64,000 nt of DNA, taken from the NCBI RefSeq assembly GCF_041146345.1, contig NW_027191411.1:1736001-1800000 (forward strand), given 5' to 3'. Below the pieces are notes generated by a model. The model saw nothing but the letters and a program-made list of their open reading frames with translations. It was not told the origin of the DNA and made no database searches. A program made the translations under genes and the position numbers. Every line of letters starts with the position of its first letter. Position 1 is the stretch's first letter. This DNA comes from Neodothiora populina. Taxonomy: Eukaryota. Below, piece by piece: positions 38,115 through 49,934 of the stretch.

Positions 38115-38816
38115 AGCTCTTTCTTTTCTAGTTCGTTACATGTGTACTGTCATAACTATGGGTTAGGTCGGAGAGGAGTTGTTCTCGGGTTCCACAGGAA
38201 AAGGCAGGCTGGGCTGGGACCATAGGCCTCAACAAGGTCAGGATTATGTTATATTATTAGCGTGGGTGTTGTAGGAGTTCTAGGGATGACCCACTTACGT
38301 TTCTGATTTCTACTGTACCTTACTGTACTTTGCAAGTTGATATTAAATATTCCTCAATTATTGTGACAACAACAAGCTTAATTGATCCTTGCCCAATAAG
38401 GTCAAATGCAGCAGTCAGACCCTCGGACCCTGCCCGCGACGGCTGCCTCAGAAAGCTTGGCATATGACGCTCCAACATTTGCTACAGCAGCAATTATTAG
38501 CATCAATCTTTCCGACTCTACCAATCTCCAATTCTCTCTCTACAGACTTTCCCATCAAATCAATCTTCTTCTCTCACTCCCCACACACTATCGCTGCTTC
38601 CTACAGACGGGGAGCATCTGGACAGAATCACCGCTCGCTACTTGAAACCGGAACCAGCGACAAGTCTTGAAGCGTCTGACAGACAAAGAACGCCGTCTTT
38701 CTTCAGCCCGCAGCGGCAGGCAGAGAGCGAGGGGCACGACTTGATCTGCTCGATCATCAGGCAATCTTTCAGCCCCCCAACCACCGCGATCTTTTCCACC
38801 CCCAACATCTCGCATC

Positions 38817-41135
38817 ATGGTCGCTCAACAGAAAAAGTCTGCTGGATCAGGCTCGTCTCGCGGTGCCATAAGCAAGAGAAAGAGCGCGGCCAGAACAGAT
38901 CGTGATGGAGACGTGAGCATGGGAGCATTGTCAGCCTCACGCGGAGGAGGAATCTCAAAAGGGGGAAAGTCAAGGGGCACGACGAGAGCCGGAGCAGCAG
39001 CTGAAAAAGGAGGAGCTCGATCGGCTGCACCGCGAATCAATGGCGAACGTGCCCAGCGCGAAATCGCAAAACACATCACTTCTGGCGGCGCCTTGCGAAA
39101 GCGTCCCGCCTCGGCAGACGGTATGAGATAAAACAAGACCACGAACCAGACAAGAAAAGTCTACTCTCGCTGACACGCGACCCTTTTCGTCAGACGTCCC
39201 CGAAGAAATCAGAGTCACCGGCTGGAAGAACAGCAAGGCGGCCAACAACGACGACGGCGGGCTCCATTCCCTCATCGTCTGGATCGAGAAAAAGGCCACC
39301 ACAAAGCACCGGTCGAGCAACAAGCAGGTCAAGGTCAAAAAGGTATGTCCACGGCTTGCATCGAGACATGCATCCGAATGTCTTCTCTCCTCTGGATTGC
39401 ATGCAACACATGCCACCGCTGTTTGATGCGGGGACAAGCCAGACGACATCGCATCATATCGAATCACATGGCCACCATGGCCACCTCAGCCAGAAGCCCT
39501 ACCGGCACTGCTCTTGTCCTCCACTGGGACCACGCCATCGCTGCAACTCACTTGTCTTCACAACGCCAAGACACATATGAATGTTACTGACCACCCGTGT
39601 GCATTTAGTCAAGAGTCGAAGGCGACGATCTGATCATCTCAGTGCCCAAGTCCGATGTCCCGGCCGTGCTGAGGACGAATGGATGGGTGTTCGCTGGAAC
39701 TAACATCAAAGTCGAGAGAGCTTCCGCCCAGGATCTGACTGCGCCTGCACCTGGCTCTACCACACAGAGCACCATTGCCATGCTACAGGGTGTGCTCGCA
39801 AGGCGATACAATGCAGAGACAAAACTTCTAGACCTGAGCGCACTTGGCGCCGATCCGGACCTAAAAGCATCCGCCATTTTCGACTCTCGCTCCACTACCA
39901 GCAAATTCTTCCCGGCCATGATGAAAGTGCTGGACAACCAGTTCGAATCGACGCATGCCAAGAACGAAGCTATAGTCAGTGTCTCGCTCGCCAACAATGA
40001 GCTGCCCAACATCACCGCTGTCACCACTCTGGCTCAAACACTACCACACATCAAGAACCTGGATCTTTCCAACAATGCTTTTGCGAACCTCGCAGCCATC
40101 GAGGCTTGGCGTCGCAAGTTCAGGACTCTTGATCTTCTCGTCCTTTCGCCGAACCCGCTCGAGCAGAATGAGCCTGATTATGCAGAAAAGGTTGTCAACT
40201 GGTACCCAAAACTACGCATACTCAACAACATCCAAGTGAGATCCGACGAAGACCTCGCGAAACCCCTCCACAACACCGACCTCCCCTTCCCCATCCGCGC
40301 GCCCGTGTTTCAGGACGAGGGACAGATCGCCGAGAATTTCTTGCGCAACTTTTTCGCTGGCTACGATAGTGATCGTGCAGCTGTCGCTCAACACTTCTAC
40401 GATGCGTCCTCGGATTTCTCTCTGGCTGTCAACACCCAGGCGCTCAAGGATCCCGCCCACCCGGCGACTGTTCAACCTCAGGAATGGGACCTTTACATCA
40501 AACGCAGCCGCAATCTTAAGAAAATTCAACAGCTGCCTGCTCGCCAAGCACGTTTATACCGTGGTTCGCAAGCCATAGCGGAGGCATGGGCGATGCTGCC
40601 CGTCACCCGTCATCCCGACCTTGCCACTGAAGCTCGGAAGTGGAATATCGAGTGTCAGCTTATGCCCGGCATCCCAGACCCGACAGGCGCTAGTCCCGGC
40701 GGTGTCGATGGCTTTATTATCACCGTGCACGGCGAGTTCAACGAGATTGATGTTCCCACAAACAACGTCACCAAGACTCGATCATTCGACCGTGTTTTCA
40801 CCTTGGGTCCTGGCGGACCTTCGGGTGTGCGCGTCGTCAACGACATGCTCACTATCCGTGGCTATGGCGGCTTCCAGGCATTTGAGCCCGACGAGCCATC
40901 GATACAACAACCCGTTGCCGATGTGGCGGCTCCCGCTGTCGGCATGCCTCCTGGACTGACCCCGGAGCTGGCGGAGCAGATGGTTCTGGAGCTACAGAAG
41001 CAGACAGGCATGATTATAGGGTATGCCACGGACTGCCTTGATCAGGTCCAGTGGGACTTTGATCGTGCGCTGCAGACGTTCAACAGTGTGCGCGCGAATC
41101 TGCCGCCTGAAGCGTTTGTTGTCGTCGCGACCTGA
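38817..41135 (+). CDS. MEX67: mRNA export receptor Mex67/NXF1 (basic N-terminus, RRM-like, LRR, NTF2-like, UBA/TAP-C)
   Basis: Exons 38817-39120, 39194-39342, 39609-41135. Motifs DRDGDVSM, RRYNAETKLLDLSALG, SVSLANNEL..LPHIKNLDLSNN, FLRNFFAGYDSDR, FIITVHGEF..RSFDRVFTL..VVNDMLTIR, LQKQTGM..CLDQVQWDFDRAL..LPPEAF. Confidence 0.93.
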
Positions 41136-42234
41136 AGGGTGCTCAAGCCTTGCGGATGAACTGACGAGCCAATGATGGCAACTCTTGTTATAAACCACCA
41201 TCGCTGCCACCATCCCACATTTCATGCGACTCGAGATCGTTCAACAAAGGACCTAGCGAAAACTGGACTGTTCCCTCGAGGAATGTTCATAAACGCCGTC
41301 CTTTCAATTTTTCTGTTTCATGCTGGCACAAAAAGGAGAGTGCAGCGAGATAACCACACGCACCACAGTATCACGTCAGATTATGACGTCCATTCGCATT
41401 CGATATCCTCGGTTGTGCGGTCAAATAGGCGTTTGAACATTTCCAAACGGCAAGGAAGGATAGAGGAGAAAGAACGGAAAAGTCTAGGCTATATGGCAGG
41501 CATTACAGAAATTGAATCAACAGCCGGGAATGGAGAGGAGGGCATTGACACGGGGGAGGAAAGATTGCGAGAAACCGAAACAGGCAGGGGCTCCAGCTGA
41601 ATAACGCGCTGTGCACTTCTTTGCTTTTCTGCGAAAAAGTGGATCGTAGAGTCTCACTGACAATGGGGGCTGTCGTCGTGTTTCCTTCCCGCCGAAGTTT
41701 CTATGTTCCATTTTACACTGAATGAGGAATTAAAAAAAAAGTGGAAAAAGGAAACAAACGAAGAATGTACAACTCGTGTGATCTTCTGTCTCTCTCTCTC
41801 GTTTCTCTTCTTGATCATGATGGTGTTTTATAGGGTACTTGATCGTTGCACCATACAGCTATCACCTTGGATATCTCCTACTGTACAGCTGTTGCACAGG
41901 ACAGTACAACATCAGTAGACCATGCCAGCAATCATCCTCTGCCTCCTCTGGCGCGGTCAAGGAAGCTAAAAGCAAAGTAGACGAGGTAAAGTACACGGAC
42001 GCGCGCAACAGCCTTGATCTCCCAAGCTTCGGCGTGCGTGCAAGGTAAGCAATGTGTCTTGCGACCAGGAACTTGATCTCTCTATTCTTCCCTCGGCTTA
42101 AGAACCGAAACAGTTAGACGACTACTGCTGTAACGCGTCACACGCTTACAGTACGTAGACTGCGCAGTGAGAAAAGACAAGAAGTCCACGCAATCCACAG
42201 CGGCCGACTAACGGTTCTTGGTCCTCAAAAATCC

Positions 42235-42245
42235 GGGGGGGGGGG
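42235..42245. repeat. G11 homopolymer upstream of the mannosyltransferase gene
   Basis: Eleven consecutive G read directly. Confidence 0.9.
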
Positions 42246-42389
42246 CGATAGGCGTAGTGAAAGTGTAAAACAGGGGGTTTGCTAGTTGGCACCCGCCCAA
42301 AAACTTATAATTGTCCGACGACTGAAGGAAGGAAGACCGTTTCTTTCCTTTTTTTCGTGTCATCGCTTCTTGTTGCTGCTCTGCTGCAG

Positions 42390-42824
42390 GTAAAGGTGGT
42401 TTTGGTTTTGAGTCTTTTGCTCCGCTTTTGAACTTTGAAGGACAGTAGGTTGTGGGATTGGTGGTGTGCTATTGCGGTTGTTTTCTTGGCTGGTCTTGCT
42501 TTGTTTACTCAAAGGGCGGAGTGAGGGTTGGGAGATAGTCAGGTTGAGTTGTTGTGACTTGCTGTCCTTTCCTTTCCTTCATATCTTGCTTTAGGCCTGC
42601 TCGGTTGTGATTAGGGAGGTAGCGTGAGTTGAATTGTCTTTTGTCTTGCTCATACTTTCCTGTCGAGGCTTGGTGTTGAGCATAATGGGAGAGGTGTGTT
42701 GATACTGGTAATACTGCTTGTTTTGTATATACCTTTTTTGGGGCAACACTCATTTTTCTTTTCTTTTCTTTTTTCTTGGGTCACTGACTATATCGTTCTT
42801 TCTTCTTTTCTTGTCAATTGCCAG
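42390..42824 (+). other. Probable 5'-UTR intron of the mannosyltransferase gene
   Basis: CAG|GTAAAG donor at 42390, T-rich body, CACTGAC branch near 42782 and pyrimidine tract ending CCAG at 42824, 7 nt before the ATG. Confidence 0.5.
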
Positions 42825-42831
42825 AAACATA

Positions 42832-45056
42832 ATGCTTTCTCCTTTTATGTTTTCCAGTCGTCTTGGTCGCGTCGGTGTGGCTTGTGTTGGGGTTCTGGTC
42901 CTGCTCTTTTTTGTTGTCTCGTTTTATGATGCTTTTGATAGGTATGTTTCTTTTCTCTTTTCGCTCTTTTCTTTTGGTATGAGGAGGTTAAGAGTGTGCG
43001 GTTTCCTCTCTTCTGCCTTGGTGCACAGAGGAAGATGTATGCAAAGAGATTGAGGTATCCCGGAGAGTATGAATTGAGTAAATATGCTTTGTACCGAACA
43101 TGTGGCTCAGAATGACTGATCTGAAGATATAACAATAGAGAATCCTGGGCGCGGTTACATGATATACTACCACATCAGACAGCGTCGTCGATTTCGGATC
43201 ATACGAGCAGCAATCACAATGTTGACAACCTCAAGACCGCCGGCAAGGATGTCACCAAAGAGACATATCTTTCCTTTTCCTCGTCTCTCTTCGACAGGCT
43301 TGAGAGAACAAAGCCCGACCTTTTACCGCTTCATCCAACATCTCCTGCTCCAGCAGTAGTGTACTGGCGAGCGCAGCAAGACAACCAACCACTTCCATCG
43401 CTAATATCAATGACCACGTCTGAAATTGTCACTATGCGTGCTGCACATTCCGACTTTCTCAATCACTACGCGACTGAGCTGTTCGAGAATAGCCAGACAT
43501 TGCCCTTTCGTACTGAAACAAAAGGAATAGTCTCGACGGCGTCTCCTGCTCTTCTTCCAGTCTTTCTCTTGTCTTTGCGCATGCTTCGCAAGACAAACAC
43601 TCGGATACCAGTCCAGCTTTTTGTTCTCGATGTGTCCGAGTACAACGTCCAGGTCTGTGAGACGATTCTACCGAGTCTCAACGCGGAATGTGTACGGCTT
43701 GATTTATTGATAGGAGAAGAGGGCGCGAAGAGAATAGGCAAGGGGTATCAGATCAAGGCTTTTGCGGTCTTGTTCTCGAAGTTCGAGGAGGTTTTGTTCT
43801 TGGATGCAGACGCTTTTGTTTTAAGAGATCCCGAAGATTTGTTCGGTCGTCTTGGCCAACCCTCGTCTGGACCTTCTTCTGGATCTGCCGACGAGGAGCA
43901 GGGGAAAAAGGCCGGGTTGTTGCTCTGGCCGGATTTCTGGGCATCGTCGCAATCTCCCCTTTTCTCTACTATCATCTCTACTAATACAACGGAAAGATCC
44001 AACGAGCAGCAGAAATACCTCCTCGAACACCCTAGCTCAGAATCCGGCCAATTGTTGATCTCGAAACGCTCCCCGTCACAGTCTCTGGCGTTGCTCATGA
44101 CAGTCTATTACAACTTCCACGGCGTCGGGTACTACTACCCATTACTATCACAGGGAGGACCAGGAGAAGGCGACAAAGAGACCTGGGCCGCCGGCGTCGA
44201 AGCCGTGAATCTTCATCTCTCCTCGCCCTCTTCATCTTCTACATCAAATTCCCAAGGGAGGCAAGAATTCACGGCAGCGAGCTACACAATGTTCACCAAG
44301 AGACCAGTCGACACAATTGGCTACTATGAGGATGGCTACGACGCTTTACCCGCAGACGAGTCTGGTAACGCACAGTTCAAGGGAAAGGGACAATATCACG
44401 GTGTGGCGATGTTGCAGTATGCTCCTGCATCCTCTGATCCCATAGCAAACCCCACCGCAGCAGGAAAAGATGCCAACGAAAGAGAAGAAGAATTCACACC
44501 AATGTATCTCCACCACAACTATCCGAAACCGAATCCATCGATTCTGCTCTTTTCTGCTCCCTTGTCTTCGTCGTCGATAACCCAGCAAGATCCGAGCTTT
44601 GGCGCAGCATGCGTGTCTTTCGCCTCTGTGGCTTCTCCGGCATCAGCGTCAGCAACAACTCCATCAGCAGAAGCAGCAGCAGCCGCAGGAGGAACGATAG
44701 GAAATCCCAGAAAACAACAAGTAAAATGCACAGCGCACCGCCGCCTATGGGGACCCGAAGCCTTGACGCGTCAGCGATTCAGTGGCAGCAAAGACAGTAC
44801 CAGCAGCAGCAGCAGCAGCAGCAATGGAAACAAAGTCGACGAGAAAGACAGCAGCGAAGACGTGGAAAAAGAAATGTGGATCGAGATGAGAGGTGTTGCT
44901 TGTGAATATGACTTCGCCTTCACTTCTGCTGCTGCTCCTGTCCGTGGCAAGGGCGTTGGTGACATTAGCAATAGCAAAAGTGAAGAAACCGAAACTTGCA
45001 GACGCGTCAAGGCGTATATGTCTGAGATGTTCGGAACGAAAGACACCGATATGTAA
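42832..45056 (+). CDS. Mnn2/Mnn5-like alpha-1,2-mannosyltransferase (GT71), type II membrane protein
   Basis: Exon 1 42832-42941 encodes a signal anchor (RVGVACVGVLVLLFFVVSF). Intron 42942-43138 restores frame with the 43359 ORF. Motifs KGIV, SLRMLR..IPVQLF, YQIKAFAVLFSKFEEVLFLDADAF (DxD), LLWPDFW, ESGQLLISK, YYPLLSQGGPGEGDKETW, YLHHN. Confidence 0.88.
44801..44823. repeat. (AGC)n coding microsatellite (poly-Ser)
   Basis: cagcagcagcagcagcagcagca inside the GT71 ORF. Confidence 0.9.
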
Positions 45057-45642
45057 AGGGATTATGGCTTGGTTCGGTTCATGATGGGATAGAAAGGCGA
45101 CTCTGATGGCGGTGTTGTTTGCTTGAGAGAAAAGTGAGGAGTTGTTGAAAACAAATGAGAAGACGGAACATGCATGATTACCACACCGAGTATAGAGTAG
45201 CCATAGAGCGCAACTGGTGGGTTAAGTGATAGAGGGTGGTGCAGCAATAGAGAAGACATGGGAAGACAGGAGAGGCAGGAGAGGCAGGAAAGATAAGAAA
45301 CTGCGTGGAAACACAGAAGAGCAAGACATGATGGAAGAGATAGAGAATGACAACTCTCACAAAGAACAGTCTTGAGAAAGACGACGGGTTGTGAGAGAAG
45401 CAGAGATTACATGGTCATGGACTTCTTTCCTTGCATGTTCGTTTGTATAATCATCTGTATACTTCATCCAGGTTCTGCAGTTCTAGTAGGTGTTTAAATA
45501 CATATAATGGAAGCAGAAGTCTAAATAGGTCTCGCTCATGGTCCCTTTCGACTCATCTATTTCAGTGCCGACGACGTGGCTTCGAACCATACACAGATAA
45601 CGCTCATTGACTCGGACCAATGCTAGAACAAGCTTCTCTCAC

Positions 45643-48600
45643 TCACTCGACGCTCAATCCGGCGTCTTTCAATCCGTCTCTGAATTCATCTTTGAGATCC
45701 TTTTTTCCTTCCTCGTCCTTGACTTTCTTGTTCTTCGTGTCTGACGTTTCTCTCTTTCCAACGTCATCACTGACATCTTCTGTCTTGGTTTCTTCACCCT
45801 CGAGGGACTTGAAGAACATTTCCTCGACTTTACTCTCAGCCTCGAGTTCTTCTTTTGCGTTCCCGTCTCCAGCAACTCGTTCATCGAGCGCGAGTTTGCT
45901 CTCTCCCAGGACATGAATCATTTCCTCAATCGTCCCCTTCGTCACGAGTCTGACGACCTCGACCTCTCGTGTCTGGCCAACTCTGTGCGCTCGGTTCTCG
46001 GCTTGAATGTCGTCCTGAGGATTGAACGACGAGTCGAAGATGACGACTTTGTTCGCGCACGCGAGATTGATTCCCGCCCCGCCTGCTTTGGTGCTCAGCA
46101 TGAAGACGGGAATCGAAAGATCGGTGGTGAACTGATCGATGATGTCTTGACGAGTCGACATGTTCGTCGATCCGTCCAGTCTCATGAATTTGATCCCGAG
46201 GTTCTCGAGCACGGACTCTAGGATGTTCATCATGGTTGTGAATTGCGAGAAGATCAACACTCGGTCGCCGTTTGCAATGTATGCTTCAAGCAATTCCTTT
46301 AGCTTCGTCACCTTGCCTGACGATCGCATGCATTCGTCGTGGTCCAGCATGAATTTGCCGAGACCTTCGGTGCTGCGTTCGGCGCAGAACCTATGCAGAC
46401 CAAAATCTCCGCCCTTGAGCTCGTCGGTGAGATACGACAGGATCCGATCAAGTGGGTTCTGCGAGTACTCGTCTGTGCGCTTGAGCGCCTTTGCAATTTT
46501 GGGAAGATCTTTCTCGGTATATTTGTTGCGCAGCAATAACGGATGCAGAGCGGCGAACCGCAGAGCAGTCATTTCCTGGGCCATCCTAGAAGAACCACTT
46601 GCACCACCGCGGGAAGAAGGCTTTTGTTGCGCCGATTGTGCGCGCATGCGAATGGCCTCGGCCACATATGAGTCGTATATCTCTTTCTGTGAAGCGGGCA
46701 TGTCGCAGTACTCGACTCTTCGAATCTTGGCAGGCATGTGTTTCAGCACCTGCGCCTTCTTGCGTCTTAAGATAAAAGGGGTCATCATGCTTCTTGCTCT
46801 CTTGATTCTTTGAGCAGACAACAAGGCAGCGTGATCTGCATCCTTTGTTGTTGCCTTGTACTTGAAGATCAGATCCAAACTTTCTTTGATCTCAGAGGTG
46901 ATCAGCTTGGGCATGATGAAAGCAAGCAGCGACACTAGCTCTTGAAGGTTGTTTTGCAACGGTGTACCGGTAAGCAACAAGCGAAACTCGGCAGGAATCC
47001 TCATCAATTCGATGTGACGTTTGGAAGTGCTGTTCTTCAAGTGATGGCCTTCGTCAAAGACAGCCACGACCGGCCTCACAACTTTACGGAAGAAAGGAGC
47101 GTCATATTTGCCGGTCGCGGTCTCGTAAGTAGTGACGATGACATCGATATCCTCGTCGTCACCTGATTGGTAGTTGAGTCGCCACTCTTCTCTCTCGGCT
47201 AGGCTACCATAGTAGGGAGAGACGTGGAGTGCTGGACAGAAGCGATTAAGCTCTCTGATCCAATTCTCGAGGGTACTGCCAGGAACGACGATGAGATGCG
47301 GCCCTGCGACTCCGGTTTCTTTTAGATGAGCAAGAAAGGTAATGACTTGACACGTCTTGCCCAGACCCATGTCATCAGCAAGGATACAGCTCAGCTTCTT
47401 CGACCAGAGCAAGTTCAGCCAGTTCAGCCCAAAGAGTTGGTAGTCTTTGAGCACCAGGTCTGGCGACATGATGGCGGGCTTTTTGAGAAAGATGTTCTTC
47501 TTGGCCAACGCCTTGTTCTTGGGGCGCACGATATCGTCATCATCATCGGGCACAGAACTGTTCGGCGTACCGATGCCAGAATCTTGCAGAGTGTCTTCGA
47601 GGTTGGTCAAGGCAAGTTCGCCGTCCTTGGTGGCAGCGGCAACGTCGATGCCCCACTGCTTCATGGTGTCGGTGATGGGCTTTCCGATGGCATCACATTG
47701 CGCGACGAGGTCATCTACCGCTTCGTATCCCTCAAGCATATCTCTGCAGACATCGTAGACTTTCTCTCCGACGGGTTTCCTGGCTCTGCTCTTGCCAGAC
47801 TTGGTAGGCTGGGCATTTGACACGTTGCAGACGGCGTCCAGATCGCGGAAGGGGCGTTTGCAAATGATGAATTCCGCAATATCCAGCTTCTCGTTCGAGA
47901 GGTCAGCAAGATCCCGAGCAGAACAGGTATTGAAGAAGTGGAGCAGTCGACCATAAAAGTCCGAGTTCTCAGGTTCGTCGTCAGATGCAGTGACAGCATC
48001 CTCGGGCTCTGAGTCGGAGTCGATGACAATCTTCTTTTTGGAGGCGGCAAGAGAAGGCTTCTGGGGAGAAGGACTGCCACCGCGAGGGACGGGAGTGTTC
48101 CTGCCACCCTGAACCAATCTTCTCTTCTTCGGGCCTTCTGCATCGGCAACAGCAGTCTCGCCAGCGATCCTGGGCTTTGCCTGAACACCGCCGTACTTTT
48201 CAAGAATGGATTTTGCCGGAGCCTTGATCTCTTGCTTGGCGGCAGGTTTCAGAGGGGCCTTGAGGGGCCCGGCGGCAAGCTTGTTCGAGTTGGTCTCTAT
48301 ATCCGACGAGGTCAAGTCGACGACACTGCCAAAGCCGTCGTCGTCGTCGTCTGCAAAGAGAAGATCGCAGGCGTCGTTGTAGTTTCCTTTCTTGGTGCGT
48401 AAAGCGCTCTCGAGTTCTTTTATGGACTTCGTAGGGAAGACGGCCTTCATCTGCTTGATCTTGGTCTGCACGCTGAGGTCGAGAATGTCGTCGAGCGTCA
48501 GGTCGGGCTCAGCTGCGGCAGAGGCAGAGGTGGAGGCGGTGCGTGCGACGTTGGCCGGTCTGTTGCGCGAGACTCCCCCGTATGCACTCTCCATTCCTCC

Positions 48601-49359
48601 ACCAACGGGGTTGTTCAAGGCAGCGGGACTGTATGCAAATTGGCTGGTGATGCTCTTGAAGTTGTCGACGCTGCCCGCCTTGGGCGACTCTCTGACTCTG
48701 TTCGGCGAAGAGTGTAGGTTCCTGCCTCCTCTTGTGAACTCGGTAGGTCTGATGGTCGAGTGCATTGGCTGGGTGTCGTCGTCGGAATCGCGATCGATTG
48801 GTGGATCGGGAATGTCTTCATCATCATCGTCGTCGTCGGGGATTGCGATGGGTTGAGGGCGGGGCAGGACGCCGGGTGGACGTCGAAAAGCAGTGCCGGC
48901 AGGAGCGAGGCGGGATCCCATGCCGGGTCTCTTAAGCCCAGAGGGGACAGTGGCAGTGGCAGCGGCAGCGGCAGCGGCAGCGGCAGCGGCAGGCTGTGCT
49001 TGTTTACGAGGAGTGGCTCCAGAGACGGGGGAAAGGGTGGATCCTGCAGGCAACGGAGGTGAACTGCGGCCAACCTCGACCATGGGCGTGGCATTGGCAT
49101 TGGCATTGTCGTTCTGTCGGCGGTTGAGAGGCTGGGTGGGCTGCGTGACATATGACGAAGGCGACCCATTTATCTGACTGAGCAGTCCGGCGACAGAGAA
49201 TCCGCCGACCTGCGACAGAGGTTGGGTCGCGATAGTATTGTGCGCTTGACTGGCGCTGTGTTGACGAACATGCGGCTGCTGAGGTCTGCCTGTCGGGCGA
49301 TAACCATTCTGGGTGCGTTGTCGCTTGACGGGCGACTCCTGTATGCTGTCGCTGTCCAT
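45643..49359 (-). CDS. FUN30: SNF2-family chromatin remodeler Fun30/Fft/SMARCAD1
   Basis: Single-exon ORF; first ATG at 49359 (MDSDSIQESP). CUE-like KIKQMKAVFP..YNDACDLL, LKDYQLFGLNWL, ILADDMGLGKTCQ, DEGH, RLLLTGTPLQNNLQEL, DRVLIFSQFT, LSTKAGGAGINLACAN, QAENRAHRVGQ. Confidence 0.93.
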   Translation of the reverse strand: MDSDSIQESPVKRQRTQNGYRPTGRPQQPHVRQHSASQAHNTIATQPLSQVGGFSVAGLLSQINGSPSSYVTQPTQPLNRRQNDNANANATPMVEVGRSSPPLPAGSTLSPVSGATPRKQAQPAAAAAAAAAAATATVPSGLKRPGMGSRLAPAGTAFRRPPGVLPRPQPIAIPDDDDDDEDIPDPPIDRDSDDDTQPMHSTIRPTEFTRGGRNLHSSPNRVRESPKAGSVDNFKSITSQFAYSPAALNNPVGGGMESAYGGVSRNRPANVARTASTSASAAAEPDLTLDDILDLSVQTKIKQMKAVFPTKSIKELESALRTKKGNYNDACDLLFADDDDDGFGSVVDLTSSDIETNSNKLAAGPLKAPLKPAAKQEIKAPAKSILEKYGGVQAKPRIAGETAVADAEGPKKRRLVQGGRNTPVPRGGSPSPQKPSLAASKKKIVIDSDSEPEDAVTASDDEPENSDFYGRLLHFFNTCSARDLADLSNEKLDIAEFIICKRPFRDLDAVCNVSNAQPTKSGKSRARKPVGEKVYDVCRDMLEGYEAVDDLVAQCDAIGKPITDTMKQWGIDVAAATKDGELALTNLEDTLQDSGIGTPNSSVPDDDDDIVRPKNKALAKKNIFLKKPAIMSPDLVLKDYQLFGLNWLNLLWSKKLSCILADDMGLGKTCQVITFLAHLKETGVAGPHLIVVPGSTLENWIRELNRFCPALHVSPYYGSLAEREEWRLNYQSGDDEDIDVIVTTYETATGKYDAPFFRKVVRPVVAVFDEGHHLKNSTSKRHIELMRIPAEFRLLLTGTPLQNNLQELVSLLAFIMPKLITSEIKESLDLIFKYKATTKDADHAALLSAQRIKRARSMMTPFILRRKKAQVLKHMPAKIRRVEYCDMPASQKEIYDSYVAEAIRMRAQSAQQKPSSRGGASGSSRMAQEMTALRFAALHPLLLRNKYTEKDLPKIAKALKRTDEYSQNPLDRILSYLTDELKGGDFGLHRFCAERSTEGLGKFMLDHDECMRSSGKVTKLKELLEAYIANGDRVLIFSQFTTMMNILESVLENLGIKFMRLDGSTNMSTRQDIIDQFTTDLSIPVFMLSTKAGGAGINLACANKVVIFDSSFNPQDDIQAENRAHRVGQTREVEVVRLVTKGTIEEMIHVLGESKLALDERVAGDGNAKEELEAESKVEEMFFKSLEGEETKTEDVSDDVGKRETSDTKNKKVKDEEGKKDLKDEFRDGLKDAGLSVE
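48948..48992. repeat. (GCAGCG)n coding repeat (poly-Ala in the FUN30 N-terminus)
   Basis: cagtggcagtggcagcggcagcggcagcggcagcggcagcggcag. Confidence 0.9.
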
Positions 49360-49934
49360 GACCAGCACGGATGACTTGTGATTGGTCTGTAATGAAACTG
49401 TGTGTGTGTCACAGTGAATGGAACAACGATATGTGAGTGAGGCAAAGTGAGGGTCCACTGAGGGCGTGCAGTGACGAGACAGACGCGCCTGTCAGATCAG
49501 GCAAATGGCAAATCAGTCTAAACTGTGGTCAAGCAATCACTGAAAAGGGCAAGAAGACAAAACCCAAGACTGAGCCAAAGTGATGGTATTGTAGATGCAA
49601 ACAAAGACGGGATCTGTCGAAGTGGAGTCTAATTATTGTACAGATGAAACATTGTTCAATCGTGATCCGGAGGACGCGAAGAAGCAGAAACAATTAAAGT
49701 CACAAAAAGCGTGTAACTCTGCGACTTCAGGTGCGCCAATGCCAAGCCCTATTCACTTACTACCTGTACTAAGGTACTTGTAGCCATATCCTACTACCGT
49801 ACTCACACCATTGTGCTCTGCACTAGTATCCGAGAAGCATTATTTCCTCGGCCTGGCTTGCTTTCCTTCTGACAACGACAGCACATCAACAACACAAGCA
49901 ATAACGAGTATCAATCAATCAAGCCAGCCAAAAA

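Noticed and set aside
49360..49458. ORF-track N-terminal extension of FUN30 from a GTG start
   Set aside because: Non-ATG start from the bacterial-style ORF caller; ATG 49359 is the plausible eukaryotic start.
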